Source: Deltaproteobacteria bacterium (GTDB lineage Bacteria; Desulfobacterota; Desulfobacteria; Desulfobacterales; GCA-2748835). From it: DNA of 64,000 nucleotides. The position numbers and the translations under genes are program-made. The DNA is taken from contig PDTL01000013.1 of the NCBI GenBank assembly GCA_002748835.1, forward strand, positions 140,510 through 204,509. The letters run 5' to 3'. This document shows, one piece after another, positions 27,721-39,219 of this stretch. Numbering within the stretch: position 1 is the stretch's first letter; each line of letters opens with the position of its first letter. Under the pieces are notes generated by a model that made no database searches, was not told the origin of the DNA, and was given only the letters and a program-made list of their open reading frames with translations.

Positions 27721-28996
27721 AGGCGGACGTGTGCTGGATCCGGGCCGTTTGGATGCGGTGCAGGACATCATCATCAGCAATGGCACCATTCAAGCACTGG
27801 TCTCGCCGGGAGCCCCTTTTCCATTGGAAGGGGATGAAGCCGAGACCGTGATTGATGCAGCCGGCTGTATTGTTTCGCCGGGCTTAATTGATATCCATGT
27901 GCACTTCAGGGATCCGGGGTTTGAGTATAAGGAAACCATCGAGACCGGTTCCCGGGCAGCGGTGTCTGGCGGATTCACCCGGGTTTGTACCATGCCTAAT
28001 ACCCGGCCGGCTCAGGACACGCGTGCCGTCTGCGAGTATGTCACGGCTGCCGCCCGTGTCAACGGGCTGTGTCATGTGCATCCGGTGGGTGCTATCACCT
28101 ATGGGCTGAAAGGGGAGGCCCTGACCGAATTTGCCGATTTAAAGCGCGGGGGCGCGGTTGCGGTGACCGATGATGGCCTGCCGGTTCGGGACGCCCTGCT
28201 CATGCGGCGCGCCATGGAATATGCCAGAGGATTCGATCTGCCGGTGTTTTCCCATTCAGAGGACCTGTCTCTGGCCGGCAAGGGGGTCATGAACGAGGGC
28301 GTGGTGGCCACCCGACTGGGACTTGCCGGTATTCCCAATGCCGCTGAATCGGTTGCCGTGATGCGGGATATTGCCATCTCAGAGTTGACCGGTGCCCGCC
28401 TGCACCTGTGCCATATCAGTACCCGGGAATCGGTTGCCGCCATTCGTTTTGCCAAATCACGGGGAATCCCCGTCACCGCAGAAACCGCACCGCACTATTT
28501 TACGCTGACAGAATCTGCTGTAGAGGGGTACAATACCCACGCCAAGATGAATCCGCCTCTGAGAACCCAGGCGGATCTCGAGGCGGTCATTGAAGGGCTT
28601 TCAGACGGTACGCTCGATGCCATTGCAACGGACCACGCGCCCCATTCGGTACTCGAAAAGGACGTGACCTTCGCCAGTGCTGCCAACGGCATTGTTGGAC
28701 TTGAGACATCGCTTTCCTTAAGCCTTTCCCTGGTGCGCGATGGCCACCTCTCCATGGAACGCCTGATTGCGGCCATGTCGACCTGTCCGGGAGAGATTAT
28801 TGGATTTCCGGCGCACATTGAAGCCGGGGCTGCAGCAGATCTCACGATCATTGATCCAGACCGGACCTATACGGTGGATGCAGCCGCATTTTGCTCCAAA
28901 GGACGGAATACACCCTTTGACGGGTGGCGCCTCCGCGGCCGGGCCGTGATGACCCTTGTAGGGGGTCGCAGTGTGTTTAACTGCATGGATGCCTGA
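27704..28996 (+). CDS. pyrC: Dihydroorotase (type I)
   Basis: [10 protein letters not shown] and ATDHAPH metal-binding motifs. Confidence 0.9.
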   Translation: MLIRIKGGRVLDPGRLDAVQDIIISNGTIQALVSPGAPFPLEGDEAETVIDAAGCIVSPGLIDIHVHFRDPGFEYKETIETGSRAAVSGGFTRVCTMPNTRPAQDTRAVCEYVTAAARVNGLCHVHPVGAITYGLKGEALTEFADLKRGGAVAVTDDGLPVRDALLMRRAMEYARGFDLPVFSHSEDLSLAGKGVMNEGVVATRLGLAGIPNAAESVAVMRDIAISELTGARLHLCHISTRESVAAIRFAKSRGIPVTAETAPHYFTLTESAVEGYNTHAKMNPPLRTQADLEAVIEGLSDGTLDAIATDHAPHSVLEKDVTFASAANGIVGLETSLSLSLSLVRDGHLSMERLIAAMSTCPGEIIGFPAHIEAGAAADLTIIDPDRTYTVDAAAFCSKGRNTPFDGWRLRGRAVMTLVGGRSVFNCMDA

Positions 28997-29030
28997 AATT
29001 CCCTCATCTGAATCATTAAGGAGAGACGCC

Positions 29031-30452
29031 ATGGGAAAAGGCACGCCCCATATTCTGGTGGTGGACGATGATCTGAGTATGCGCGAGTTTTTGGAGCTGA
29101 TGCTTTCACGGGAAGGCTATCGGGTCACCTGTGCGGCAAGTGGTAAGGGGGCGATTGCCGAACTCGAAAAACGCACGTTTGACCTGCTTTTGTGCGACAT
29201 TCGCCTCGGCGATATGATCGGGCTGGATGTGTTGCGCAAGGCACGGCAGCTACATGAAAATATCGGCGTGATCATGATATCCGCTTATGCCACCACGGAA
29301 ACCGCCGTGGAAGCCATGAACGAAGGGGCCTATGATTATGTCCCCAAACCCTTTGAAAATCGTGAACTTAAGCAGACCGTCGCCACTGCCCTGGAACTCC
29401 GTCATGTGGAGGCGGAAAAAGAAATTCTGAACGAACGGCTCAATGAACATCTTCACTTCGGTATGATTGTCGGTGATTCTCCCCGGATGAAACAGATCTA
29501 TGACGTGATTCGGCAGGTGGCGGAAACCCGGGCCAATGTCTTGATTACCGGCGAGAGTGGTACGGGAAAAGAACTGATCGCCAAGGCGATTCACCTGATG
29601 AGTCCCAGGCGGGATAACCCCTTTGTGGTGATCAATTGCGGCGGCATTCCTGAAAACCTGATGGAGAGCGAGTTCTTCGGTCATAAAAAAGGGGCCTTTA
29701 CCGGTGCGACCCATGATAAGAAAGGGTTGTTTGAATTGGCCGACGGGGGCACTGTGTTTCTCGACGAAATCGGCGAGCTGTCCCTTGCCCTTCAGGTAAA
29801 ACTCCTCAGAGCGGTTCAGCAGCGTGTCTTCAAGCCGGTGGGCGGCACCCAGGATGTGCAGGTGGATATCCGCATCGTTTCCGCCACCAATAAAAACCTT
29901 GAACAGGAAGTGATCGAAGGCCGGTTCAGGGAAGACCTCTTTTACCGCCTGAACGTGGTTCCGGTGAAAGTTCCGCCCTTGCGGGAGCGCAAATCGGATA
30001 TCCAGGCCATTGCTCAGCATTTTCTGAACAAGTATTCCGATCAAATGGGCAAAGATATCGTTAAAATATCGTCTTATGCAGTGGAGATGCTGAAAAAGTA
30101 CGATTTTCCCGGCAATATCCGCGAGCTGGAGAATCTTATCGAACGGAGCGTCGCACTGTCGTCCACTAATATCATCCTGCCTGAGAGCCTCTCCCTGTCG
30201 ATTCATAAACGCCGCTGGATTGAAGGCGTCAAGGGTAGACGATACGATGTGGATGAAGTGAGCCAGGGCGTCAATCTTGACGATATTCTGTCGTCCATTG
30301 AAAAAGCCTATCTTGAACGCGCATTGCAATGCGCCGGTGGAAACAAGAAACGGGCCGCAGAGCTGGTCGGACTCAGCCATCGCTCCATCCGGTATCGGCT
30401 GGAAAAACTCGGAATTGATGATGCGGGTACGGGCTCAGGGGAAGACGCCTAA
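29031..30452 (+). CDS. Sigma-54-dependent response regulator (NtrC family)
   Basis: Receiver domain (ILVVDDD...DLLLCD), AAA+ domain ([21 protein letters not shown]) and a C-terminal Fis-type HTH. ATG at 29031 follows AAGGAG. Confidence 0.9.
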   Translation: MGKGTPHILVVDDDLSMREFLELMLSREGYRVTCAASGKGAIAELEKRTFDLLLCDIRLGDMIGLDVLRKARQLHENIGVIMISAYATTETAVEAMNEGAYDYVPKPFENRELKQTVATALELRHVEAEKEILNERLNEHLHFGMIVGDSPRMKQIYDVIRQVAETRANVLITGESGTGKELIAKAIHLMSPRRDNPFVVINCGGIPENLMESEFFGHKKGAFTGATHDKKGLFELADGGTVFLDEIGELSLALQVKLLRAVQQRVFKPVGGTQDVQVDIRIVSATNKNLEQEVIEGRFREDLFYRLNVVPVKVPPLRERKSDIQAIAQHFLNKYSDQMGKDIVKISSYAVEMLKKYDFPGNIRELENLIERSVALSSTNIILPESLSLSIHKRRWIEGVKGRRYDVDEVSQGVNLDDILSSIEKAYLERALQCAGGNKKRAAELVGLSHRSIRYRLEKLGIDDAGTGSGEDA

Positions 30453-30506
30453 ACCCGTTCGGATGAAAATCCCCGACTGACTTGTCGGGAAGCCGGGTCG
30501 GGAGGA

Positions 30507-33365
30507 CTATTTCGGGGCCCCAGGTGCTGACAGCGGTATCAGCTTGTTCATGATGTCCGGCGGAATTGCCTTTTCGAATCGGAGGTGCAGGGAGTAATCA
30601 TTGAGCAGGTGATACCGCACGGCGATTACGGTGGCAGACAGGCCGATTTTAGGGCCGTTTCCGGAAATCCCCTTAACGCTGATTTTCAGTTTCATCAAAC
30701 GGCCCAGGAGCATGCGGGCTGCTTCCTGACGTCCCGTTTTGATAAGCAGGGAAATCCCGCTCGCAGAGATATCTGACAGTTCACCCTTGAACGGTCTGCC
30801 GATGGTTTCACCACCTTTGGTGATGATCTGGAGGCGAACCTCTCCGTTCATGGGGTAGCGCTTGTGCGCGCGACGGTTGACCCCTTTTTCCTCAATGTCT
30901 TCTTGTATTTTTTTCAGCTTGAAGCAGTAGTCCTGTATCTTGGGTGCCAGACCGGGAAGCGTGTCTTTCCACGTACCGAGTGTATCCCGCTCAAGGGTAT
31001 GCAGTTTGACGGTTTCCACTGCAATAATGGACGTGGTGCAGATGGAGATGGGGAAAAACGTATCTTCGCCGAAAACGTCTCCGGCACTCAGGGTACGGAT
31101 CAGGGTCTCCTTGTCGTGCTTCCGGAACACCACTTTGGCCTTGCCGTGATCGATGAAGAACAACCGGGAATTCATGTCGCCCTGGTTGAGAATGGTTTTG
31201 TTTGCCTCAAAAACCGCTTCATTCATGGCATAATACAGGGCATTGGTCTCTTCTGACGTGAGTGTCTGATAGAGACGGGGCCAGATATCCAGGTGGTCTT
31301 TACTGATAGATCCTTGCTTTTCCGTTTCAATAATCTCTGCTGCCCGCACGATTTCCGTGAGTGCCATGGGGTCGATGTCGAACATTTTTTCACGAAGCGC
31401 TTCGGCCTTTGCAAAATTCTTGTATCGAGCGTAATGGAGAATCAGCTCAAGGGTTTCCTTAATCGCGTCATCAATATTGCCGTCTTGTGAGAGTGCGTCG
31501 ATGCGTTCCTCGCGGGCAGTTAAGTCGGTCATGGTTAAGTCCTTTGCTTGAATGGGAGCGGTTGTGGCTTCAGGTGCGTCTGGTGCAAGTGGGGGGGGGT
31601 CGCCAGCAGGTGGTTGCGGGTGCTTTTGGCGGGTGTTTTTGCGAATCATGGCAATGGCGCCGGCAGCAATATCTCGTAATTCGTTCTGCTTATGTGTTCT
31701 GAAAAATCCTTTGGACTGAACCAGGGGACTGAGCGCGGGGATGGCTTCCTCAGCACCGATGCGGCCCAGTGCAATACAGACTTCCTTATCAATGGCGAGT
31801 TTGTTCTTCGCGCTGCCCTTTTCGCGGGATTGCAGAATGTCGATCAGCGGGTGAACCGCCTGGCTGCATTGCAGAACCCCCAGCATGGGAATGAGTTTTT
31901 TCTGTTGACGTTCGTCTGCATGGGGGAGGAGCGCGATCAGGGCCTGGCAACGGTTGCCTTTTCCGATGGCGTAGATGGTGTTCAGAATTTCCGCCTGAAC
32001 CTGAAAATTGACCTGATGATAGAGGCGTCTGAGCAGGCTGAGATGGGATGGATCACCGATCGTGCTCAGCAGCTTGACGAGATTTCGCATGTAATACCAG
32101 GAACCGCCCTCTTCGATGCGGCGGATGACTTCGGGCAGTACCCGCTCATCCATTTTGCTCAGGGTATTGAGGACCAGGGCTCGTTCTTTCATGTCTTCGC
32201 TTTTCCGAAGCCGGTCAAACAGCACATCCACACCGATGATCAGAAGCACGTTGGTACTGTACCGTGTGTTTTCCGCCTGGGCATTTTCAGATGCATGGAT
32301 ATTTTTCATCAGGACCGTTATGATATGTTCCGAGCGGCACTGCTGCACCACGGTCGACGCTGTTTGAAAGATGGGTTTGGGTTTGGCCAGCCGTCCGGAT
32401 CGGATGCGGCCAAACACATCAAGCAGCCGGTAGGCTTCGAACAGGTTGTTTTGTTCAAGCATGTGTCTGATCAGTTTTTGAAGCCGAAGACAGATCTGGT
32501 CATAGGCTGGTGTGTGTTCGGTTTCAAAGCGGATCCACCGGATGAGTCGGTGGGAGAGCTTCAGGAAGATGTCGGTCCGGCCCTTGCTCTGCAGCTGTTC
32601 ACAGATAATGGCCATGATCCGGACCACTGCCAGGCGGATCCCCGTGTCTTCAACGAGCAGTTCATCTCCCAGGCGCTCGAGCAGTTTTTCCGCCCGTTTG
32701 GTTTCATCCTCTTCAATCAGGGCGTTGATGATCTCTGGCAGGGATTTCATCACCCGTTTATCGGTCAGCCCTGCGGCATCTCCGTCTAGTATCCGGTTTA
32801 GATCGGTTTCAAACTGCTCAGTGGATGAATCCGCAGGCATTGAGAGGTCTGCCGGTTCACGAAGGCGCGAGAATGAATGCTGTACCCTGTGCCGATCAAC
32901 GACTTCAATGACAGTCTCATGGCCGGAGATGCTTTTGGGGACGATTTCGATATGGGGTATGGGGGACGCCGCCAGCAGGGTGGACAGTCCGTCTTCATCG
33001 GAAATGGCGTCTGGTGTTTGGGTGACCAGATTGAAAAAGGCTTTCAGCTCATCCAGGACAAGACCGTCTGAAAACGTGATGGACTTGATGTTATGGAAGC
33101 GCATCAGATCCAGAAACGATTTGATTTGGATATGTTCTTGATCCCGACGGCTGACAAGCTGGCCGCAGATAATCATGTCTTTCTGTGATTCGGAAAAGGT
33201 AAGTGTGTCTATTCTGGAAAATACCGTTTCAAATGCCTCGAACGCACGGCGCATGGATTGCTCAACGATACTACTTGATGCCGGATACAGTCGGATATTT
33301 TTAATCGCCAAGTTTATAGGGGTCAGCACAGAAAGGGCATCTTTAATAACAGCGGCATCAATCAT
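30507..33365 (-). CDS. Multidomain protein: HEAT-like repeats, Pro-rich linker, cyclic-nucleotide-binding domain, C-terminal PilZ domain
   Basis: HEAT-like repeats around residues 380-560. cNMP-like FFIDHGKAKVV...LSAGDVFGE. PilZ-like RRAHKRY...GELSDISASGISLL. Confidence 0.7.
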   Translation of the reverse strand: MIDAAVIKDALSVLTPINLAIKNIRLYPASSSIVEQSMRRAFEAFETVFSRIDTLTFSESQKDMIICGQLVSRRDQEHIQIKSFLDLMRFHNIKSITFSDGLVLDELKAFFNLVTQTPDAISDEDGLSTLLAASPIPHIEIVPKSISGHETVIEVVDRHRVQHSFSRLREPADLSMPADSSTEQFETDLNRILDGDAAGLTDKRVMKSLPEIINALIEEDETKRAEKLLERLGDELLVEDTGIRLAVVRIMAIICEQLQSKGRTDIFLKLSHRLIRWIRFETEHTPAYDQICLRLQKLIRHMLEQNNLFEAYRLLDVFGRIRSGRLAKPKPIFQTASTVVQQCRSEHIITVLMKNIHASENAQAENTRYSTNVLLIIGVDVLFDRLRKSEDMKERALVLNTLSKMDERVLPEVIRRIEEGGSWYYMRNLVKLLSTIGDPSHLSLLRRLYHQVNFQVQAEILNTIYAIGKGNRCQALIALLPHADERQQKKLIPMLGVLQCSQAVHPLIDILQSREKGSAKNKLAIDKEVCIALGRIGAEEAIPALSPLVQSKGFFRTHKQNELRDIAAGAIAMIRKNTRQKHPQPPAGDPPPLAPDAPEATTAPIQAKDLTMTDLTAREERIDALSQDGNIDDAIKETLELILHYARYKNFAKAEALREKMFDIDPMALTEIVRAAEIIETEKQGSISKDHLDIWPRLYQTLTSEETNALYYAMNEAVFEANKTILNQGDMNSRLFFIDHGKAKVVFRKHDKETLIRTLSAGDVFGEDTFFPISICTTSIIAVETVKLHTLERDTLGTWKDTLPGLAPKIQDYCFKLKKIQEDIEEKGVNRRAHKRYPMNGEVRLQIITKGGETIGRPFKGELSDISASGISLLIKTGRQEAARMLLGRLMKLKISVKGISGNGPKIGLSATVIAVRYHLLNDYSLHLRFEKAIPPDIMNKLIPLSAPGAPK

Positions 33366-33682
33366 TTGAAAAATTCCTATCTATAATGAAAACACCGTGC
33401 AGGCGTCAACTCAGGCGCTTCAAAGACTGCGATATACATTTGCTGCAGGCAGGTATCAGCCGGTCAGTTAACATACACTTCACTAAATATGCCGAAATTC
33501 CATAGGGATTGCAATGGTTTTGTTCTGCATATCATGAATGCATCCCACGTGTCATGCCGTGTTTTTTCTTCGGTGTCAGATGGATTTAAATCCGGATATC
33601 GTGCGGAAGTGTCCCTGTTTGTTCTAGTGCGTTTGTCTGTATTCCTTTCAATCAGGAGATGCGGTGATCACCGGCAGTTGTC

Positions 33683-33711
33683 TTGACTTGGCCCACAGGC
33701 TTCACTATAAT
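33683..33711 (+). promoter_or_regulatory. Putative sigma-70 promoter of purB
   Basis: TTGACT (33683-33688), 17-nt spacer, TATAAT (33706-33711). Confidence 0.55.
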
Positions 33712-33772
33712 CGGTGCGCTTTGATATGTTCTGAATTCAGCCTATTGACAGATATCTGTTAAGGAGAAAACT

Positions 33773-35146
33773 GTGGAAAAACTCAATGCGTTGACATCGC
33801 TAGACGGCCGGTATCGACGGCTGACCGAAGACCTTCGCCATTCCTTTTCGGAATTTGGCCTGATCCGTAATCGGCACCGGGTCGAGATGGCCTGGTTGGA
33901 ATTTATTTTGGCGGACCTGAAACTGGCAGCGGTGACAGAGAGCGAGCTGGACGCCATTGCTGCACTGAAAGCACCCCTGACCGAAGCGGGTGCTGCCAGA
34001 ATCAAGGAAATTGAACGGAAAACCAATCACGATGTTAAGGCCCTGGAGTACTATATTAAATCCCAGATGGACGCTGCCGGACTGGGCCATTTGTCCGAAT
34101 GGGTCCATTTTGCCTGCACCTCCGACGACATCAACAATACGGCCTATGCCTTGATGGTCGGGGAGGGAAAAGCCCTGTTGCTGGCAGAGCTGAACAGGGT
34201 GCTGGCCCAGTTGGAGACGCTGGCACGTGATTTCCGTTCGATCCCCATGATGTCACGCACCCACGGCCAGCCGGCCACCCCGACCACCCTGGGAAAAGAA
34301 CTGGTCAATTTTGCCTGGCGTCTGGACCGGGAGCGAAAAACCCTGGCCGCGTTGCCTATCATGGCCAAAATGAACGGCGCTACCGGCAATTATAATGCCC
34401 ATGCGGTTACGTTTCCGGACATCGACTGGATTGATGCGGGTGAGCGGTTTCTGACCACCGCTCTTGGAGTGGAGCCGATTCTCTTTTCCACCCAGATCAA
34501 TCCCAACCATTACCTGTCTGAAATCCTGCATGCCCTGATACGGATGGCTGCCACCTGCATTGATCTGGACCGTGACTTCTGGGGATATATTTCTCTGGGA
34601 TATTTTCGCCAGAAAACCGAAACCTGTGAAGTGGGCTCTTCGACCATGCCTCACAAGGTCAATCCCATTGATTTTGAGAATAGTGAAGGCAACATGGGCA
34701 TGGCCATCTCCATGATGGACCATTTGGCCGTCAAACTCCTCAACAGCCGGTTTCAGCGGGACCTGACCGACAGCACGGTGCTGCGGAACCTGGGGGCGGT
34801 TTTCGGTTATCTCGTGATCGGATTGAAAAACACCCTGAAAGGGCTGAAAAAAGTGGAAATCGACGGTCGTGTTCTGGCAGCGGATCTGGAACAGAATCCC
34901 GAGCTCCTGGCAGAGCCGATTCAGACCATGATGCGGGTTTATGGTGAACCCCAACCGTATGAAAAGCTGAAAGCACTCACCCGGGGCAAACGGATTTCCC
35001 TTGCGGAGATGGGCACCTTCATCGATTCACTGACTGCGGTGCCCGACCCGGTGAAAGCGCGGATGAAACAGCTGACGCCCGCGACATATATCGGGATGGC
35101 CGAAGCCCTGGTGGACCGTTACTTTTCAGATAAACCCACTTCATAA
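33773..35146 (+). CDS. purB: Adenylosuccinate lyase
   Basis: 457 aa, GTG start after AAGGAG. SSTMPHKVNP signature. Confidence 0.95.
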   Translation: MEKLNALTSLDGRYRRLTEDLRHSFSEFGLIRNRHRVEMAWLEFILADLKLAAVTESELDAIAALKAPLTEAGAARIKEIERKTNHDVKALEYYIKSQMDAAGLGHLSEWVHFACTSDDINNTAYALMVGEGKALLLAELNRVLAQLETLARDFRSIPMMSRTHGQPATPTTLGKELVNFAWRLDRERKTLAALPIMAKMNGATGNYNAHAVTFPDIDWIDAGERFLTTALGVEPILFSTQINPNHYLSEILHALIRMAATCIDLDRDFWGYISLGYFRQKTETCEVGSSTMPHKVNPIDFENSEGNMGMAISMMDHLAVKLLNSRFQRDLTDSTVLRNLGAVFGYLVIGLKNTLKGLKKVEIDGRVLAADLEQNPELLAEPIQTMMRVYGEPQPYEKLKALTRGKRISLAEMGTFIDSLTAVPDPVKARMKQLTPATYIGMAEALVDRYFSDKPTS

Positions 35147-35271
35147 CCATGATGCGCATCAGGCTTGACGTCAACCGTAAGACAGGATAATACCTTTTTA
35201 TTTGTAAAGTGCATGTCCGTTTTGTGTGAAGTTTTGCCCGTTGTTTGACGGGCTGGTTGCCAGAGGGCCTG

Positions 35272-36999
35272 ATGCTCAAGCGAATCGCCTTTTTTTTGAT
35301 GTTGCTGTTTCTATCGGTTGCCGGGGTGATCGGTTATGTGGTTGGTCCGGAACGCAGTGTTGAAGTTGAAGCGGATCCCACCGATTTTATACCGTCGGAT
35401 GCGGCGTGCATGCTCCGTGTCGGTGCGTTGGGCCGGCGGTTTCAGCATGCCTGCGGCATCGTTGATTCGGGCCTGCGGACGCGGATTGAATCGCCACAGT
35501 TTAAATCGGCCTTGCCCGATACGGCAAAGGTGTTTTTAGATTTCATCATCCCGGCAGAAGACCAGTTACGGGAGCTGATGCGCAGGCCCGTTCTCCGAAA
35601 ACTGCTGGGTCAGGATGTTACCGTTGCTGTGGTGAACCGGGACGGTTTTCCGGCAGACAGCGGCTGCCGCCTGTCAGACCTTCCCTGTCTGCAGAAATGG
35701 CTTCCTCACGTGGTGGTGGTTGCGTCGCCGGCTGATCCGGTGGATTTAACCTCGTATCTGCTCTCCGCCTCCTCTGACGCATCGGCTTACGCGCCTGATT
35801 CCTATCGCGGGCACACTGTTCAAAGTGTCTATCTGGGGAACGGGGAGGTTCTCTATTTCGCCTGGGTGTCCGGCAGATGGATCGGGACCTGGTCTTACCC
35901 CCTGCTTGCTGAAATGATCAATACGGCTGCTGATCGTCGACACGTACCCGGGTGGGCAGCTGCTTTGAAGAAAATTCGGAAACGACTTGGTGGCGATCTC
36001 AGAGGGGCTGTTTATGTCGATCTTGCCCAGTGGGCGCACGCATTCGGTGAGACGCGATCCGGTTCTTCGGGCATCTGGCAGGGGGGAAAACGGCTGGTGC
36101 ATGTGGCGGTGCGCCAGAACGACCGTATGGTCCGCTGCCAGACCGAGGTAACGCGTTCGGGAAATTTCGGAAAAATCGACACCCCGGTATCCGCCGGAGA
36201 TTGCCTGCCGTTCAGGGATCTGGTACCGAAACAAACAGCGGGTATCCTCAGGCTGCCGTCTGCTGAATTCATGGAACGCTGCCTGTCCGTAACCGGCGTC
36301 GACCGCTTCCAGAAACTGCTGAACGCCGTCGAGGATCGGACCGGCTTGAGCCGGGATATGCTCATACGGTGTTTTGGTCAAGACGTCGGCCTACTGGTGT
36401 CGGTCCCGCGGAAATACGCATCAACCACCTTGCCGGATGCAGCCCTGGTGGTGCCGGTGAATACTCCGGATATCATCGAAAACGTGATCTACACATTGTT
36501 TGCGTCCAAGGAGCCAATCCTTTCCAAGCCAGTGGAAATCCATACCCTGATACAGGGGAATATCCAGATTACTGTGCTTGACGTGCCGGAGGCGGAGCCG
36601 ATGAAACCGGCGTATGCGTTTGTAGACGGTCAGGGCCTGTTTGCCACCCACCCGAAATTGATTCAGCAGATGCTGGCCGCACGGGAAACCGGTCAAAACA
36701 TGGCCGAAGATCCGGATTTCAGGGCTATGGGATTCGGCCAGAATCAGGGCGGCTCCCATTTTTTGTTTCTGGCGCCCGATCTGCTGGCAAAAGGAATGAA
36801 CACGCTCGTTCGCTATCTATCCAAGGTGCCGGTGCTGACCCGTCTGAACGGGGCCACGGACGTGTTTCATACACTTCAGCACGGCGTGCACCCCTTGCTG
36901 CGGGGCTTTGGGTGTATCCGTACCGGTGCAGTGTGTCTAACAGACACAGAAGCGGGGCTTCACTGTGAACAGGTACTGATCCTGACTCCTGAACGGTAA
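35272..36999 (+). CDS. Membrane-anchored hypothetical protein (possibly DUF3352-like)
   Basis: N-terminal TM helix MLKRIAFFLMLLFLSVAGVIGYV. No recognised catalytic motif. Confidence 0.55.
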   Translation: MLKRIAFFLMLLFLSVAGVIGYVVGPERSVEVEADPTDFIPSDAACMLRVGALGRRFQHACGIVDSGLRTRIESPQFKSALPDTAKVFLDFIIPAEDQLRELMRRPVLRKLLGQDVTVAVVNRDGFPADSGCRLSDLPCLQKWLPHVVVVASPADPVDLTSYLLSASSDASAYAPDSYRGHTVQSVYLGNGEVLYFAWVSGRWIGTWSYPLLAEMINTAADRRHVPGWAAALKKIRKRLGGDLRGAVYVDLAQWAHAFGETRSGSSGIWQGGKRLVHVAVRQNDRMVRCQTEVTRSGNFGKIDTPVSAGDCLPFRDLVPKQTAGILRLPSAEFMERCLSVTGVDRFQKLLNAVEDRTGLSRDMLIRCFGQDVGLLVSVPRKYASTTLPDAALVVPVNTPDIIENVIYTLFASKEPILSKPVEIHTLIQGNIQITVLDVPEAEPMKPAYAFVDGQGLFATHPKLIQQMLAARETGQNMAEDPDFRAMGFGQNQGGSHFLFLAPDLLAKGMNTLVRYLSKVPVLTRLNGATDVFHTLQHGVHPLLRGFGCIRTGAVCLTDTEAGLHCEQVLILTPER

Positions 37000-37071
37000 G
37001 GGGCAAACATAAAAATCAGTGTCAGTGACGGTTCAATGATATGAATGGACGCGGACAGTGCATATGGGGTG

Positions 37072-38031
37072 TCAGTATGTCCATTGTACCGGATTGGAGT
37101 CCAGCTTTCCGGTCACTGGCACGGCCAGTTCTGCAAGGGCGATTCGTGTGGCTTCCGTCAGTTCAACGCGTCCTGCATCCGCGTTTTCCCTCACCTGATC
37201 AGGCGACCTGGCACCGGCAATGGCAGCGGTCCCGGGGCGTGATATCACCCATGCAAGGGCCAGCTGGGCGCAGGTCAGTCCGTGTGCATCCGCCACGGGT
37301 GAAAGGCGGCGGACCACGTCTGCGACCAAGGGGAAGAATGTCGGACTGACCAGTTTGTTGCGCTTGCGGTGATCTTTTTTTCCAAACCGGTGGCCGGGTA
37401 AAAATCTGCCGGACAAGAGCCCCTGAGCCATGGGCGAATAGGCAAGCACTGTGATGGCGTTGTCAGTGCAGACCGGCGCAATCGCATCCAGCGCATGGGG
37501 CCAGAGCAGAGAATAGGGGGGCTGGACCGCATCGATGCGGGTGATGGACACGGCTTCCTCCAGTTGGGCCCGTGAAAAGTTGGATACCCCGATGGCCCGG
37601 ATTTTCCCTTGTGTTTTGAGCTGATCCATGGCGGAGAGCGTTTCTTCCACCGGTATGGGCTCGTCGCGCCAGGAACCCGACGGCCAGTGGATCTGATACA
37701 GATCAATATAATCGGTTTTTAGCCGTCTCAGCGAGTCCTCACACGCTGCCATCACATCCAGCCGGCCCAGGTGGCCGGGGCTTACCTTGGTTGCAATCAC
37801 CATTTTCTGCCGGATGCCGGTCAGCAGATCCCCCACCCGCGTTTCCGACAGACCGCTGCCATAACTGGCTGCCGTGTCAAAAGTTGTGATCCCGGAATCC
37901 ACAGCCGCATGCAGGGCCTTTACAATCTGGTGGTCGTCGATGCCCGACCACATTTGCTTCCCGGCCTGCCAGCACCCCATGACAATGGCGGATATCTCGA
38001 TATCTGAGCGTCCCAGAGCGATTTTTTTCAC
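37072..38031 (-). CDS. Aldo/keto reductase
   Basis: FDTAASYG, IGVSNF, typical AKR layout. Confidence 0.9.
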   Translation of the reverse strand: MKKIALGRSDIEISAIVMGCWQAGKQMWSGIDDHQIVKALHAAVDSGITTFDTAASYGSGLSETRVGDLLTGIRQKMVIATKVSPGHLGRLDVMAACEDSLRRLKTDYIDLYQIHWPSGSWRDEPIPVEETLSAMDQLKTQGKIRAIGVSNFSRAQLEEAVSITRIDAVQPPYSLLWPHALDAIAPVCTDNAITVLAYSPMAQGLLSGRFLPGHRFGKKDHRKRNKLVSPTFFPLVADVVRRLSPVADAHGLTCAQLALAWVISRPGTAAIAGARSPDQVRENADAGRVELTEATRIALAELAVPVTGKLDSNPVQWTY

Positions 38032-38040
38032 GCCAGCCTC

Positions 38041-39219
38041 CTAACGTTTATCCGGCCAGTCTGCAGAGACCAGGGATGCCCGCTGAATGGCGCCCTTGCC
38101 AAAGCGGCTGATAATGGCATCGGCGGTTTGATCCACAGGCTGCCACCGTTGTTCCCGCTGGCGTTCCGGTTCGGGAAAGAGCACTCCCTGACAGCCGGCC
38201 GTGGTGAAGATAAGCCCGGAAATCCCCAGACCGATGAGACGGACCGGCTGCTGGGGGGAGAAGCGCGTCAGCAGCGCCACTGCGGCATGGTGAAGGGATT
38301 CGGTCGTGCAGACCGGTTCGGGCAAGGTGATCGAACGGGTGTGTATGGAAAAATCATCATATTTGACTTTTATCTGGACAGTCTTTCCCCTGGCACCGAG
38401 TTTTCTCAGGCGCCAACCCACGTCCTCGGCCTGGTGAAGCAGGATCCGTTTCAGGGTGTCAAGGTCTGAGATATCGCTTGACAGGGTATCTTCGCTGCTG
38501 ATGGATTGGGTCGCTGACCCAGGGGAGACCCTTCGGTCATCCTGACCGTTTGCCAGCATAAGCAGGCGCTTTCCGGGCTTGCCGAAGTGTTTTTCAACGA
38601 GATCCGGTGAAAGCGCCCGCATCTCGCCCAGGGTGCGAATACCCATGCGTCTGAAGCGAACCCTGGCCCGTTTACCTACTCCCGGAACCTTCTGAATGGG
38701 AAGATCCCGGATAAAGGCGTCAACATCAGACGGCCGGATCAGGGTCAGTCCATCCGGCTTCTGAAGGTCAGATGCGATTTTGGCAAGAAACTTCAGCGGC
38801 GCAATGCCGATGGATGCGGTCAGTCCGACCTGACTGAGGATGTCTCTCTTGATGGATCGGGCCAGCATTTCCGGTGGCCCGAACAGGTCCTTTGTGCCGG
38901 TGATGTCGACATAGGCTTCATCGATGGAGATCGGCTCGACGAGAGGGGAGTACCGGGCAAGACAGGCCATGACCTGCCGGGATATTCCGGCATAATGCGC
39001 CATGCGCGGGGTCACGTAGATCGCGTCAGGACAGCGCTTGCGCGCCTGGAAAATGGGCATGGCCGAGTGGATGCCGTATGCCCTGGCTTCGTAGCTGGCT
39101 GTGGAAACCACACCTCGCGGAGAATTACGGCCGATGACCACGGGCTTTCCGCGAAGCTCTGGCCGGTCCCGCTGCTCGACTGCCGCAAAAAAGGCGTCCA
39201 TGTCCAGGTGCAGGATCAT
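38041..39219 (-). CDS. dinB: DNA polymerase IV
   Basis: ILHLDMDAFFAAVEQRD..., SIDEAYVD, Y-family polymerase. Confidence 0.95.
   Translation of the reverse strand: MILHLDMDAFFAAVEQRDRPELRGKPVVIGRNSPRGVVSTASYEARAYGIHSAMPIFQARKRCPDAIYVTPRMAHYAGISRQVMACLARYSPLVEPISIDEAYVDITGTKDLFGPPEMLARSIKRDILSQVGLTASIGIAPLKFLAKIASDLQKPDGLTLIRPSDVDAFIRDLPIQKVPGVGKRARVRFRRMGIRTLGEMRALSPDLVEKHFGKPGKRLLMLANGQDDRRVSPGSATQSISSEDTLSSDISDLDTLKRILLHQAEDVGWRLRKLGARGKTVQIKVKYDDFSIHTRSITLPEPVCTTESLHHAAVALLTRFSPQQPVRLIGLGISGLIFTTAGCQGVLFPEPERQREQRWQPVDQTADAIISRFGKGAIQRASLVSADWPDKR

Noticed and set aside
31692-32789. Long antisense ORFs inside well-supported genes. Examples: 31692-32789(+) opposite the PilZ protein, 29250-30380(-) opposite the NtrC regulator, 50722-51702(+) opposite lepA, 51791-52675(+) opposite nadC, and 27052-27789(-) opposite pyrB/pyrC.
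   Set aside because: Their translations are low-complexity and rich in Arg, Gly, His and Pro, with no motifs. The opposite strand carries strongly recognisable conserved proteins. These are typical shadow ORFs of GC-rich coding DNA.
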